Positions 1 to 9,372 of a stretch of 64,000 nt of DNA are shown piece by piece. A model generated the notes under the pieces. It saw only the letters and a list, made by a program, of their open reading frames with translations. It searched no databases and was not told the DNA's origin. The number at the start of each line of letters is the position of its first letter. The stretch's first letter is position 1. The position numbers and the translations under genes were made by a program. This DNA comes from Candidatus Iainarchaeum sp. (GTDB taxonomy: Archaea; Iainarchaeota; Iainarchaeia; Iainarchaeales; UBA10219). The stretch covers positions 224,001 through 288,000 of the forward strand of contig JAGVWE010000002.1 in NCBI GenBank assembly GCA_018304425.1, in the 5' to 3' direction.

Positions 1-1439
1 CCACACTGCCAGGTTCGGCCAATGGCGTCCTTCAAGTGGAGGTCGATTTTGGGGCCGTAGAAGGCGCCATCGCCTGGATTGATTTTGTACGAAACCTTGT
101 TGTCCTCCAAGGCCTTCTTCAGGGTGGCCTCGGCTTTCTCCCAGAGCTTGGGGTCTCCCATGGACTTCTCGGGCCGCGTGGAGAGCTCCACGTGGTAACT
201 GAAACCGAAGGTCTTGTACACGCGGTCACACAATTGCAGCAACTCCTGGATGATGTCCTCCATCTGGTCCTCGGTGTGGTAGATGTGGGCGTCGTCTTGC
301 ACGAACTTCCGCACCCGGAAGAGCCCGTTCAGCACCCCGGAGAGCTCGTGGCGGTGGACGAGGCCGAACTCCGCCAGCTTGAGGGGCAGGTCACGGTAGC
401 TGCGCCGCTTGGTGCGGTAAATGATGGTGCTGGGCGGGCAGTTCATGGGCTTCAACGCGAAGTCCTCTTCGTCGATTTCCAGGCAATACATGTTCTGCTT
501 GTAATGCTCCCAGTGCCCGGAGGTCTTCCACAAGGTGTTGCGCAAGACGATGGGCGTGTTCACGAAATCGTAGTTGAGCTGGAACAACTGCTCGGACATG
601 AACTTGATGAGCTCGTTGTACATGGCCATGCCCTTGCCGTGCATGAACACGCTGCCCGGGCTCTCCGCGTGCATGCTCCACAAGTCGAGTTCCTTGCCGA
701 GCTTCATGTGGTTGCGTTTCTCGGCTTCCACGCGTACGTGCAGCCACTGCTCGAGTTCCTTTTTCTCGAAGAAACTGATGCCGTAAATGCGTTGGAGGGA
801 AGCGTTCTTCTGGTCGGCGCGCCAATAGGAACTGGAAGCCTTCAACACCTTGAAGGCGCCGATGCGGCCCGTGCTGGGAAGGTGCGGCCCGCGGCACAAG
901 TCCACGAAGTGCTCGCCCTGGCTGTAAAACGAAATCTTTTCCCCGGTGGGAAGCTCGTTGATCAACTCGGTCTTGTACTTGTTGCCCTTCTCGCGCTTGA
1001 GGGCCTCGGCCTTGCTGACCTCGACCCGCTTGAAGGGCTGGTCGGCTTTCACGATTTCGGCCATCTTGGCCTCGATTTTCTGGAAGTCCTCGGGCGTGAA
1101 CGGCCGGGGCATGTCGAAGTCATAGTAAAAGCCTTCCTCGATGGTGGGGCCAATGGTTATCTTGACTTCAGGGAACAACGTTTTCACGGCCTCGGCCATG
1201 ACGTGCGCGGTGGAATGCCACAAAAATTCCTTGTAGTCCTTGGACTTGGGAGTGATGACTTCAAAGGCGCCGGAAACCGAAAGCGGCCGGTGCAGGTCGA
1301 GGAGTTCCTGGTCGAGCTTGACGCCGACCGCGGCCTTGGCCAGGCCCTCGCCAATGGACTTGGCTACTTCGAAGCCGGTCGTGCCAGGCTTGAACTTGTG
1401 CTTGGAGGCATCCGGGAAGGTTAACTCAATGCCAGGCAT
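1..1439 (-). CDS. thrS: Threonyl-tRNA synthetase, bacterial-type (TGS + editing domain), runs off the window start
   Basis: Not in the ORF track. The reverse complement from ATG 1439 reads MPGIELTFPDASKHKFKPGTTGFEVAKSIG...WHSTAHVMAEAV...DLCRGPH...KPMNCP...RHELSGVLNGLFRVRKFVQDDAH, which are ThrRS motifs. Confidence 0.95.
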   Translation of the reverse strand, partial: MPGIELTFPDASKHKFKPGTTGFEVAKSIGEGLAKAAVGVKLDQELLDLHRPLSVSGAFEVITPKSKDYKEFLWHSTAHVMAEAVKTLFPEVKITIGPTIEEGFYYDFDMPRPFTPEDFQKIEAKMAEIVKADQPFKRVEVSKAEALKREKGNKYKTELINELPTGEKISFYSQGEHFVDLCRGPHLPSTGRIGAFKVLKASSSYWRADQKNASLQRIYGISFFEKKELEQWLHVRVEAEKRNHMKLGKELDLWSMHAESPGSVFMHGKGMAMYNELIKFMSEQLFQLNYDFVNTPIVLRNTLWKTSGHWEHYKQNMYCLEIDEEDFALKPMNCPPSTIIYRTKRRSYRDLPLKLAEFGLVHRHELSGVLNGLFRVRKFVQDDAHIYHTEDQMEDIIQELLQLCDRVYKTFGFSYHVELSTRPEKSMGDPKLWEKAEATLKKALEDNKVSYKINPGDGAFYGPKIDLHLKDAIGRTWQC

Positions 1440-1667
1440 ACGCTATTCCTCCAGTACGAGAGAAGTTAAAAACCGTTGGTAGGGGAAAGGCAACCGGCGG
1501 GCTAAAAAGAACGAGGAAAACGATTTCACCGACGAGTTTCTGAATCCCTTCTATGCATGGAACATATATTGGCGCTGACCTTGCTTAAATTCGTTTCGGG
1601 GCAGCGGATTTGGCACCGGAAACCCGGCCCCCGCAGGCATTTAAACCCTCACCCCCCCTATTCTCGT

Positions 1668-2903
1668 ATGATATCGCCCCAGCTCTGCGTGCGGTGCAAG
1701 GGAAGGCTCTGGTGCGGGCCCAAGTGCTTCATCCTCGAAAAGTTCGAGGCCCACCGGAAAGTCACGCGGAAGCTCGTGGGGAAGTTCTTCCAGGGCAGCA
1801 GCCCGCCCTCGGTGTTCGTGGGCTGGCACGGCTATCCAAAGGTAACCATTGCCCCGGTTTCGCCCCCGGAAATCCTGGACAACGCGGGGTTCATGGACGA
1901 GCCAGACCGGTGGTTTGGGTTGTCCACCGAGAAAATCGTGCAAATGCGTGAGACGCTCATCCAGAGCAAGAAACCCATCGACATCCACCAGGCCGCGAAC
2001 CCGGACTACAAGCTCATGGAAATCCAGGAAGTCGCGATGAGCGCCGAACCCCTCGACATCGAAGTCGAACTCGAGAAGGCACCCGAAGCCCGGCTGTCCT
2101 TCCAGGAAAGCGCGGCCCCCATCGGCATGAGCGCGCCCCTCAAGAAGTTCAAGTTGACCGACAACCCGAAAGTCCTCCCCAAGGTGGAGTACCTGGTGTC
2201 GGACAGCGAGGCCAAGTCGGGCACGGCTTTGCTGGAGTTGTACCGCGCCGGGGTCTCCGTGCACTCGCTGACCAAGCTGTTGTCCGCGGGCCTGCTCGGC
2301 GTGCAAAAGCGGCGTAAATTTGTTCCCACGCGGTGGAGCATAACGGCGGTCGACAGCAACGTCAGCAAGCAATTGGTGGACGAGAAAGTAAAGTTCTATC
2401 CCACCATCGACGAGTACCAATTGTTCCAGTCGCATTACCTGGACAACCACTTCTACGTCCTGCTCTTGCCGGAGAAGTGGTGCTTCGAGCAGTTGGAGAC
2501 CTGGGAGCCGGGCGGGGCCTGGGCGGTTAACGCCTCGGAACCCATCATCATGGCGGACTGGGAGGGCTATCGCGGGAGGAAGGACTATGCGGATGACGTG
2601 GCCGGAGCCTATTACTCGGCGCGTTTGGCGGTTGCCGAGCACCTGGTGAAGGAAAAGCGGCAAGCCGGCTGCATCGTGTTTCGCGAAATCGGGGAGGGGT
2701 ACAGTTTGCCTCTCGGGACCTGGCAGATACGCGAGAACGTCCGCAACGCCTTGAAGTATCCGCCCATGCGGTTCGGCGACTTCGCGTTGGTGCAGGCGTT
2801 CCTGGAAAAGAAGCTCAAGACGTCCTTCAAGGCCTACAAGGCCAAGTCCAAGTTGCTCGACAAGCTCACGAACCAAAGAAAACTCACGGCATGGTTGCAA
2901 TGA
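1668..2903 (+). CDS. nreA: Nre family archaeal DNA repair protein
   Basis: N-terminal CxxCKGRxWCG Zn site, GSSPPSVFVG and VPTRWSITAVD motifs, and a C-terminal PIP-like QRKLTAWL. ATG 1668 follows TTTAAA. Confidence 0.9.
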   Translation: MISPQLCVRCKGRLWCGPKCFILEKFEAHRKVTRKLVGKFFQGSSPPSVFVGWHGYPKVTIAPVSPPEILDNAGFMDEPDRWFGLSTEKIVQMRETLIQSKKPIDIHQAANPDYKLMEIQEVAMSAEPLDIEVELEKAPEARLSFQESAAPIGMSAPLKKFKLTDNPKVLPKVEYLVSDSEAKSGTALLELYRAGVSVHSLTKLLSAGLLGVQKRRKFVPTRWSITAVDSNVSKQLVDEKVKFYPTIDEYQLFQSHYLDNHFYVLLLPEKWCFEQLETWEPGGAWAVNASEPIIMADWEGYRGRKDYADDVAGAYYSARLAVAEHLVKEKRQAGCIVFREIGEGYSLPLGTWQIRENVRNALKYPPMRFGDFALVQAFLEKKLKTSFKAYKAKSKLLDKLTNQRKLTAWLQ

Positions 2904-3313
2904 ACGACGAACAAATCAAGAAGATTCTTGCTGAGAGCAAGGTCATCGCCGTGGTCGGCTGCTCGCGCGACCCCGCGAAGCCCGCGCATTACGTGCCCGC
3001 CTACCTGCAGGCACACGGGTACCGGATTATTCCCGTGAACCCGGGGGCGGACGAAATCCTCGGCGAGAAGGCCGTGAAGTCGTTGGCTGACATCCACGAG
3101 GCCGTTGACCTGGTGGACGTCTTCCGCCCCTCCCCTAACTGCCTGGCCGTGGCGCAGGACGCGTTGAAGATGCCGCACAAGCCGAAAGTCTTTTGGATGC
3201 AGCTCGGCATCCGCAACGAAGCAGCGCGGAAGCTGCTGGAAGCGAACGGGGTCACAGTGGTGGAAGACCGGTGCACGATGGCCGAGCACGCGCGGCTGGT
3301 GCGGCAAGGCTAA
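2900..3313 (+). CDS. CoA-binding protein (YccU-like)
   Basis: IAVVGCS...IIPVNP...DLVDVFRPS...WMQLGI motifs. Confidence 0.9.
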   Translation: MNDEQIKKILAESKVIAVVGCSRDPAKPAHYVPAYLQAHGYRIIPVNPGADEILGEKAVKSLADIHEAVDLVDVFRPSPNCLAVAQDALKMPHKPKVFWMQLGIRNEAARKLLEANGVTVVEDRCTMAEHARLVRQG

Positions 3314-3341
3314 TAAACCCGGAAGCCAGTAATGGATAGAT

Positions 3342-4046
3342 ATGAGGGAACCCGTTAGTAGGCTGTTAACCGCGAAAGCGACTGGGTTAAGCCCAAAAAG
3401 CTTGCGAAGGGCCGAGAAACGCTTGGAAGAATTTAGGCCAAGGAGAATCGGCCCATATGAGGGGGTTGGAGGCTATCCACTCGATGTCCGCTCTTATCGC
3501 GAGATTTTGGCTGTGCTGCAAAAGCAATTGCATGGCCTTCGCGGCAGGCACATCCTGGAAATCGGGCCCGGCAGCCTCATGTCCCTTTTTGCGCTCAAGC
3601 GCGAGGGCGCGGAAGTGGCGGGGCTCGAAAAATTCATGGATTCCGACCGTGTTCGGGTGGCAGCGCGTGGAAAAATTCCCGTCGAAACCCGTGACCTCGA
3701 AGAGTTGCCGCACGCGTTTGCCGGAAGGCAATTCGATGCCGTTATTTCCCGGCTTATATTCGAGCCAGGCGGAAAAGTCAAACTCTTTGACGACTACAAT
3801 CGGCTTTCAGACCCGCAATGGCAGCAAGCAGCAACCCGCCTTTCAAACTTCGCGAAAGCATTGAACCAAAAAATCAAACCCCGTGGGCTCCTGGTCATGC
3901 AAACCATTAATTCCACGGACATCGTTCCACATCTTGTACCAACCGCTGGATTTGAATTCGTGTACTCGGGATGGCATCCATCCAGGCACCGGGGCCAGGA
4001 AAAGGAAATGCAGTTAATCGTGCTCCGCAAAGTCCGCGACGTCTGA
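3342..4046 (+). CDS. Orphan class I SAM-dependent methyltransferase-like protein
   Basis: ILEIGPGS (motif I), FDAVIS (motif II) and IKPRGLLVM (motif III-like). Confidence 0.6.
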   Translation: MREPVSRLLTAKATGLSPKSLRRAEKRLEEFRPRRIGPYEGVGGYPLDVRSYREILAVLQKQLHGLRGRHILEIGPGSLMSLFALKREGAEVAGLEKFMDSDRVRVAARGKIPVETRDLEELPHAFAGRQFDAVISRLIFEPGGKVKLFDDYNRLSDPQWQQAATRLSNFAKALNQKIKPRGLLVMQTINSTDIVPHLVPTAGFEFVYSGWHPSRHRGQEKEMQLIVLRKVRDV

Positions 4047-4101
4047 GGGGTGAGCGCCCCTCCCCAGCGCGGTTGAATGCGAAGGGGAGGGGCCGAAAGC
4101 T

Positions 4102-4653
4102 TCAAACCGAGAAGCACTCGCAGACCCCGGTCCAGGTGCAAGTCGAGGTGCTCTTGCCCGTGGCCTTGCCGTCCTTGCCATGGTCGTTGGTGCAACCCCA
4201 GGTGCCCGCTGCGTCTCGTTTGAGGGCAGCATAGGGGCATTGGGGGTTCTTGGCGCACAACGCGTCGCAGGCCTTCTGGACGTTGGACTTGGCCGCGGCG
4301 CAGACCGCCTGGAAGGAACCGGCCTTGTCGCAAGTGCTTGCATTGGCCTGGGATGCCCCAGCCGTGACCCGGAACTCCTGCGCGCACTTGGGCACGGCCG
4401 GCGCGACGGGCGGATCCGGGAAATTGACTTGCACGAGGCCGTTGGCCGTGACGACGTAATCGCCGGGTTCGGCGTGCGGCTCCCCGAAGCTCCCCGACTT
4501 GGAGAAGTCGGGTTTTGGCTTCTCCGATTCGGGCGCGGGTTGCACGGGTTCGGGGGCAGCGGGTTGGGGCGGGGGCGGCTGCTTGCCTTCCTGCGCCAGC
4601 GCAAGCCCCACGATTAGGAGCAGCCCGACGGCTAAGATAAGATATCGGTTCAT
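4102..4653 (-). CDS. Secreted protein with Pro-rich linker and Cys-rich C-terminal domain
   Basis: Signal peptide MNRYLILAVGLLLIVGLALA; 10 Cys in the C-terminal ~100 aa; GAGGTGA RBS upstream. Confidence 0.75.
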   Translation of the reverse strand: MNRYLILAVGLLLIVGLALAQEGKQPPPPQPAAPEPVQPAPESEKPKPDFSKSGSFGEPHAEPGDYVVTANGLVQVNFPDPPVAPAVPKCAQEFRVTAGASQANASTCDKAGSFQAVCAAAKSNVQKACDALCAKNPQCPYAALKRDAAGTWGCTNDHGKDGKATGKSTSTCTWTGVCECFSV

Positions 4654-4850
4654 TCTCGTTCACCTCACGTTGGAATGCTATTTCAAGGAAATTTTCTTTC
4701 CCAGCTACAACACGCGAAGAGGTATTTAAGAGTTGCCAGGAAAACAGGCGGCGGCAGAAAGAAAAAATTCCACCCGGAAAAAATTCGGTTCACGAAACAG
4801 GCAGACGGGAAAACGGGTGGGCGGTTCGGGTTCCGAAAAAAGAAGGCCGG

Positions 4851-5813
4851 CTATTTTTTGTATTTCATGAACTGGGCGAGCAGGGCCTCGAGTTGGATGC
4901 GCTCGCTGGCGCCCTCGACGAGGCGAAAGTTGTATTCGCCGATGACGTCCACCAACGCGATTTTTGTCTTGGAGTCGAGTTCGGCTTCGGGGAAGTCAAT
5001 GAGCTCCCGGTATAACTGGGTGATGACGTCTTCGCCGGCCATACCGTACTCGTATAAGAGGGTGTCCAGCTTCTCGCGGGCTGGCAGGAACTGGCCGGAA
5101 AGCGCGAGCCGGATGAGGTCCTTGATTTCCTCGGGCCGCGCGCGGCTCGAAACCTCGTACACGGTTTTCTCGTCAATCGCTTTTCCCATGGCAGCGGAGG
5201 CCTGCAAGACGTTGATGCTTTTCCGCATGTCGCCTTGCGCGACGTAGATGATGGCCTTCAAGGCCTTGTCATCGACTTCGACTTTCTCTTTTTTGGCGAC
5301 GTCCACCAACCGGGCCTCGATTTCCTTGGCGGCAAGCGGGCGGAAGCGGAAGACCACGCAACGAGACTGGATGGGCTCGATGATGCGGCTGGAATAATTG
5401 CAGGAGAGGATGAACCGCACGGTGCGCGTGTACTTCTCCATGGTGCGGCGCAGCGCCTGCTGGGCGTCGTCCGTGAGGGCATCGCTTTCGTCGAGGAAAA
5501 TTATCTTGAACTGCGCGTTGAAGGCCAGCGTCCTTGCGAAGTCCTTGATGGTCGAGCGCACGACGTCAATCCCGCGCTGGTCACTCGCGTTTAATTCCAA
5601 AAAGTTCTGCTCGAAGCCGGGGCCGAAGAGTTCCCGGGCCATGGCCACCGAGGCAGACGTCTTGCCCACTCCCGCGGGACCGGAAAACATCATGTTGGGC
5701 AGGTTCCGGGTCCTGACATAGGACTCCAAGCGCTTGGTGATGTCGGCCTGGCCAACGACTTCCTTGAGGGCCATCGGCCGGTATTTTTCCACCCACGGCA
5801 AACCCAGTTCCAA
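4851..5813 (-). CDS. rfcS: Replication factor C small subunit
   Basis: PWVEKYRP, Walker A GPAGVGKT, LELNASDQRGID, DESD and SRC motifs. TTG start with GAGGGG RBS. Confidence 0.95.
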   Translation of the reverse strand: MELGLPWVEKYRPMALKEVVGQADITKRLESYVRTRNLPNMMFSGPAGVGKTSASVAMARELFGPGFEQNFLELNASDQRGIDVVRSTIKDFARTLAFNAQFKIIFLDESDALTDDAQQALRRTMEKYTRTVRFILSCNYSSRIIEPIQSRCVVFRFRPLAAKEIEARLVDVAKKEKVEVDDKALKAIIYVAQGDMRKSINVLQASAAMGKAIDEKTVYEVSSRARPEEIKDLIRLALSGQFLPAREKLDTLLYEYGMAGEDVITQLYRELIDFPEAELDSKTKIALVDVIGEYNFRLVEGASERIQLEALLAQFMKYKK

Positions 5814-5878
5814 GCAAGACCCCTCGCAATAACCCTGGGAGGCAAGGAATTTAAAGCCAATGGAGCCCAATCCATGCC

Positions 5879-6313
5879 ATGAAGGGCCTCACCAACCAGC
5901 GGCTCAAAGTATGGTTCGTGTTCGCGGTGACCTATGCCGCGCTCTACGCGTTGGCGGTGGCCACCCCCCTCCGGGACTGGGAATTCAATGGCAGCCTCTT
6001 CCAAATGGATTGGCTCGCGTTCTTCCTGCCGCTGCCGGCCTTCGGCCTCATGTACCTCTTGACGGGCTGGCTCAACCAGTACTTCGGCGAAAAAACCGGT
6101 CACTCGTACTGGGTGCCCTTGCTCCTGCTCGTGCTCGGCATGCTGGCCTGGTACGTCGTGCTGTTCTGGTACTACAAGAACGTCGCCGACCTCCGGCAAG
6201 TCAAGGAAATCCAATTCGATTTCGCGGCCAAACTCCTGGACTCGCATTACCCGGAATTCCTCGTGGCGGCCTTCGGCGGATGGCTTGCACACGTGATGGT
6301 GGACCGGGAATAA
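5879..6313 (+). CDS. Hypothetical multi-pass membrane protein
   Basis: About 4 hydrophobic segments; host-like codon usage. Confidence 0.7.
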   Translation: MKGLTNQRLKVWFVFAVTYAALYALAVATPLRDWEFNGSLFQMDWLAFFLPLPAFGLMYLLTGWLNQYFGEKTGHSYWVPLLLLVLGMLAWYVVLFWYYKNVADLRQVKEIQFDFAAKLLDSHYPEFLVAAFGGWLAHVMVDRE

Positions 6314-6346
6314 GCCCTTAAATTCCTTTCCACGGGTTAATTAACT

Positions 6347-7618
6347 ATGAAAGCCTACGTCGCCACCTACGGGTGCAGCCTCAACAAGGCGGACGGCGAG
6401 CAACTGAAGGGGTTCCTGGCCGGCAAGGGCGCGAGCTTCTGCAAGCCTGGGGACGCCGACTTGCTGGTCATCAACACCTGCGCCGTCAAGCAAGTCACCG
6501 AGCAACGCATGCTCAGCCGCATCGAGCGGTTGTCCAAGTTGATGGAGAAGACGGGCAAGAAGCTGGTGGTCACGGGCTGCCTGCCCAAGGTCAGCCCCCA
6601 CAGGATAGCGGAAGCGGCGCCGGACGCCCTGCAGGTCGGACCCAGCCTCGCCGAGTTCTCCGAGAAAATGGGTTGGCCGCGCACGGAGGGCGGGCCGTTG
6701 AACCCGAAGCTCCGCGACAACCAATTCACGTCCATCATTGCACTCAACAAGGGCTGCGCCAGCCACTGCAGTTTTTGCGCGACCAAGCTTGCGCGGGGGA
6801 CTGTGGGGAGTTACGACGCCGAAGAACTGGTGCAACAGTTCCGCCACGCCGTGGCCGAGACCCCCGAAGTCTGGCTGACGAGCCCGGACACGGGAGCCTA
6901 TGGAATGGAAAAGGGGACGAACCTGCCGAAGCTCGTGCAGCGGCTGCTGGAGACGCCGGGAAAGTACCGGGTGCGCGTGGGCATGATGAACCCCCAACAC
7001 CTGCTGCGGTGGGTGGACGACTACCTGGACTTGTTCGAGGACGAGCGCCTCTACCGGTTCTTCCACGTGCCCGTGCAGGCGGGAAGCCCGCGCATGCTCG
7101 ACCTGATGCGACGCGGGTATAAAGTGGAGGACTTCCTGGAAGCGTGCGGGGCCATCCGGAAGCGGTACCCGGACGCCATGATTTCCACGGATGCCATCGT
7201 GGGTTTCCCCACCGAAACCGAGGACGAGTTCCGGGAAACCATGGACGTGGTTGAACGGGTGCAGCCGGAGATGGTGAACGTGTCCAGGTACGGGAAAAGG
7301 CCGGGCACCGTTGCGGCAAAGATGCCGGGGCAACTGACCGAGGAAGCGAAGAAAGCGCGGAGCCGGGAACTGGCCGCCGCGTGCCACCGAATCGTGGCGA
7401 AAAGGAACGCGGGACTGGTGAACCGGGAATTCGAGGTGCTGGTCACCGAGCACGGCCTGAAGGGCCGGTTCCTGGGCAGGAACCAGGACTATAAGCCGGT
7501 CATCCTCGAAGACGACTGGAGGGGAACGTTCGTGTGGGCGCGCGTGAAGCAAGCGGAAGGAGCGTACCTGGTCGGGGAAACCATGGAAAGCCTTTTATTC
7601 AACGCAAACGCGAGGTAA
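6347..7618 (+). CDS. mtaB: tRNA t6A37 methylthiotransferase (MiaB-like radical SAM, archaeal MtaB type)
   Basis: TYGCSLN and INTCAVK (UPF0004), GCASHCSFC radical SAM motif, IVGFPTETE, C-terminal TRAM region. Confidence 0.85.
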   Translation: MKAYVATYGCSLNKADGEQLKGFLAGKGASFCKPGDADLLVINTCAVKQVTEQRMLSRIERLSKLMEKTGKKLVVTGCLPKVSPHRIAEAAPDALQVGPSLAEFSEKMGWPRTEGGPLNPKLRDNQFTSIIALNKGCASHCSFCATKLARGTVGSYDAEELVQQFRHAVAETPEVWLTSPDTGAYGMEKGTNLPKLVQRLLETPGKYRVRVGMMNPQHLLRWVDDYLDLFEDERLYRFFHVPVQAGSPRMLDLMRRGYKVEDFLEACGAIRKRYPDAMISTDAIVGFPTETEDEFRETMDVVERVQPEMVNVSRYGKRPGTVAAKMPGQLTEEAKKARSRELAAACHRIVAKRNAGLVNREFEVLVTEHGLKGRFLGRNQDYKPVILEDDWRGTFVWARVKQAEGAYLVGETMESLLFNANAR

Positions 7619-7621
7619 GCC

Positions 7622-8293
7622 ATGGGCAAAAAAACGAGGGCAACCAAAAAAAACCGGGACACGCGGAAGAAGGGACGCACGGCAAAAAAACGCGCGGCCC
7701 CAGCCCAACGCATTTACCCACCAGGGTGGCCAGTCAAAGGAAAAGTCCTTTCGCGTGCCCACGGCGTCACCCAATGGCGCTGGCACTTGGGCAAACGCGA
7801 GCTCATGGAGAAAATTACGATGAACCCTGAGAGCGCCATGCCCGTGAGAATACTGGTAAGCGAACACCAAACAAAGCTGGCCAATGCCAGGCTCGAACGC
7901 CGGCAAGGGCCCTCGCTGCAGTCGGTTCCCCAACCGGTGCGCAGAATCATTGGCAACCGGGACTGCCTGGAAGCCAGCTGGTACCTGGACGCGGGTAAAC
8001 GGCGCAGGGATGCGCGGCTGGCGGCCCATGGCGCGCTCCCCGCCCTCGCCCAGGTCACGGGCAGGGGAATCGCGGGGCGAATCCTGGGCCCTGCAATCAC
8101 GGAAAACCTGCAGGCGCTGGTCAACCAGGGGAAGAAAAGCGTGGTCGTAATGGCGGCCATCCAGCGGGGCAATGTCCCAAGCGAGCGGATTGCCAAGAGA
8201 CAGGGGTTTGCGCTCAGGCACGTGACGCGGGAAGAAGCCGAGAACCAAACAATATACATGGGCTATTGGCTCAAAACCGTGCGCCCTCACTAA
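7622..8293 (+). CDS. Basic orphan protein with C-terminal GNAT-like motifs (paralog 1)
   Basis: GRGIAG (motif A-like) and NVPSERIAKRQGF (motif B-like); homologous to the next ORF. Confidence 0.6.
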   Translation: MGKKTRATKKNRDTRKKGRTAKKRAAPAQRIYPPGWPVKGKVLSRAHGVTQWRWHLGKRELMEKITMNPESAMPVRILVSEHQTKLANARLERRQGPSLQSVPQPVRRIIGNRDCLEASWYLDAGKRRRDARLAAHGALPALAQVTGRGIAGRILGPAITENLQALVNQGKKSVVVMAAIQRGNVPSERIAKRQGFALRHVTREEAENQTIYMGYWLKTVRPH

Positions 8294-8327
8294 GCCTTTT
8301 ATTCCCGTGAAACCATAAGATATTCCT

Positions 8328-9068
8328 ATGGGACGGCCCCGACAACGCATATTCCGGTTCAAGCCCCAACCAGGAGAGAAAGCACCCCGCATGGAGCGGC
8401 CCACGGAAAAAAAGCGCGCACGCGCAAATGGAACGCGTGGCGGGCATGCCAGCGGGCATGCAACGCCAAGGGAAACCCAGCGCCAGTTCGGCTTCTTGTG
8501 GCCGGTGAAGGGCAGGCTGCTCGGCACCCGCAATGGAACGCGGCAGCGGCTGTGGCACCTGGGCGAGCGCGATTTGGTTGAACATGCGACGCTGAACTTC
8601 CACCCTGAAGCGCACGTGCAAGTGAAAATCGAAGTGAAACCACGGGATTCCTCTTTCGCCAACGCCCATGGCAGCCTGCAGCGGCGATGGGGACGCGGCA
8701 TCGAAGAGTTGCCGCCGGAAGTGCGGCGAATCGTGCGCGGCCAGGAGGTCGTGGAAGCGGCCTGGCACGTTGAACCCGAAATGCGGGAAGAGGATGAAGA
8801 ACGCCGGAGGCGGGGAAAACAAACCCTTGTGCTGGGGCGTGGCATCGCCGGCGGCATCGTGGCACCATCCCTAATGGAGACCGCGCAGGAACTCGCCAAC
8901 CACCGCAAAAAACCCGTCTGGGTGCTGGCCTCCATTTGGCAGGGCAACGAGTACAGCGAAGCAATCGCCAAGCGGCAAGGCTTCAAGTGCCGGCACCACG
9001 AATTGAAAGAATACGACCAGGATTCCCGTTACATTGGTTATTGGCTGAAGAAAGTGAGCCCCCACTAA
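8328..9068 (+). CDS. Basic orphan protein with C-terminal GNAT-like motifs (paralog 2)
   Basis: GRGIAG and NEYSEAIAKRQGF; shares WPVKG, WHLG and GYWLK with 7622..8293. Confidence 0.6.
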   Translation: MGRPRQRIFRFKPQPGEKAPRMERPTEKKRARANGTRGGHASGHATPRETQRQFGFLWPVKGRLLGTRNGTRQRLWHLGERDLVEHATLNFHPEAHVQVKIEVKPRDSSFANAHGSLQRRWGRGIEELPPEVRRIVRGQEVVEAAWHVEPEMREEDEERRRRGKQTLVLGRGIAGGIVAPSLMETAQELANHRKKPVWVLASIWQGNEYSEAIAKRQGFKCRHHELKEYDQDSRYIGYWLKKVSPH

Positions 9069-9126
9069 GCCCAGCCAAACAGTGAAGCTTAACTAGGGGG
9101 TCGCCGGTTGTTATTAGGGGGGTCAC

Positions 9127-9267
9127 GTGGAGCTTGCAAGAAATTTCCGGCCTTCAGGTAAATGGGTGGTGGTTGCCGTCATCCTAGTTATTGACGTGGT
9201 GGCAATAGGGACAAACTTGGGAGCCACGGGAGAGGCCATACGAAAGGCCCTTGGCCTAACGGCTTAG
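9127..9267 (+). CDS. Small single-pass membrane protein, 46 aa
   Basis: GTG start after GGGGGGT; MELARNFRPSGKWVVVAVILVIDVVAIGTNLGATGEAIRKALGLTA. Below the ORF-track cutoff. Confidence 0.45.
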   Translation: MELARNFRPSGKWVVVAVILVIDVVAIGTNLGATGEAIRKALGLTA

Positions 9268-9372
9268 GGAACTAAGAATTCCAGGCTTTTGGTGCCGAGG
9301 CAACGGAACCGTCGCACCAGGACGTGGGGAAAAGCAAAAGGGTTTTATTCCCTTTAGACACCAATATAGGCC

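Noticed and set aside
36-1424. 462-aa plus-strand ORF and many other long antisense ORFs (e.g. 20809..23109, 52174..53652, 62841..63914)
   Set aside because: These are shadow frames of well-supported opposite-strand genes in a GC-rich genome and show no recognisable motifs.
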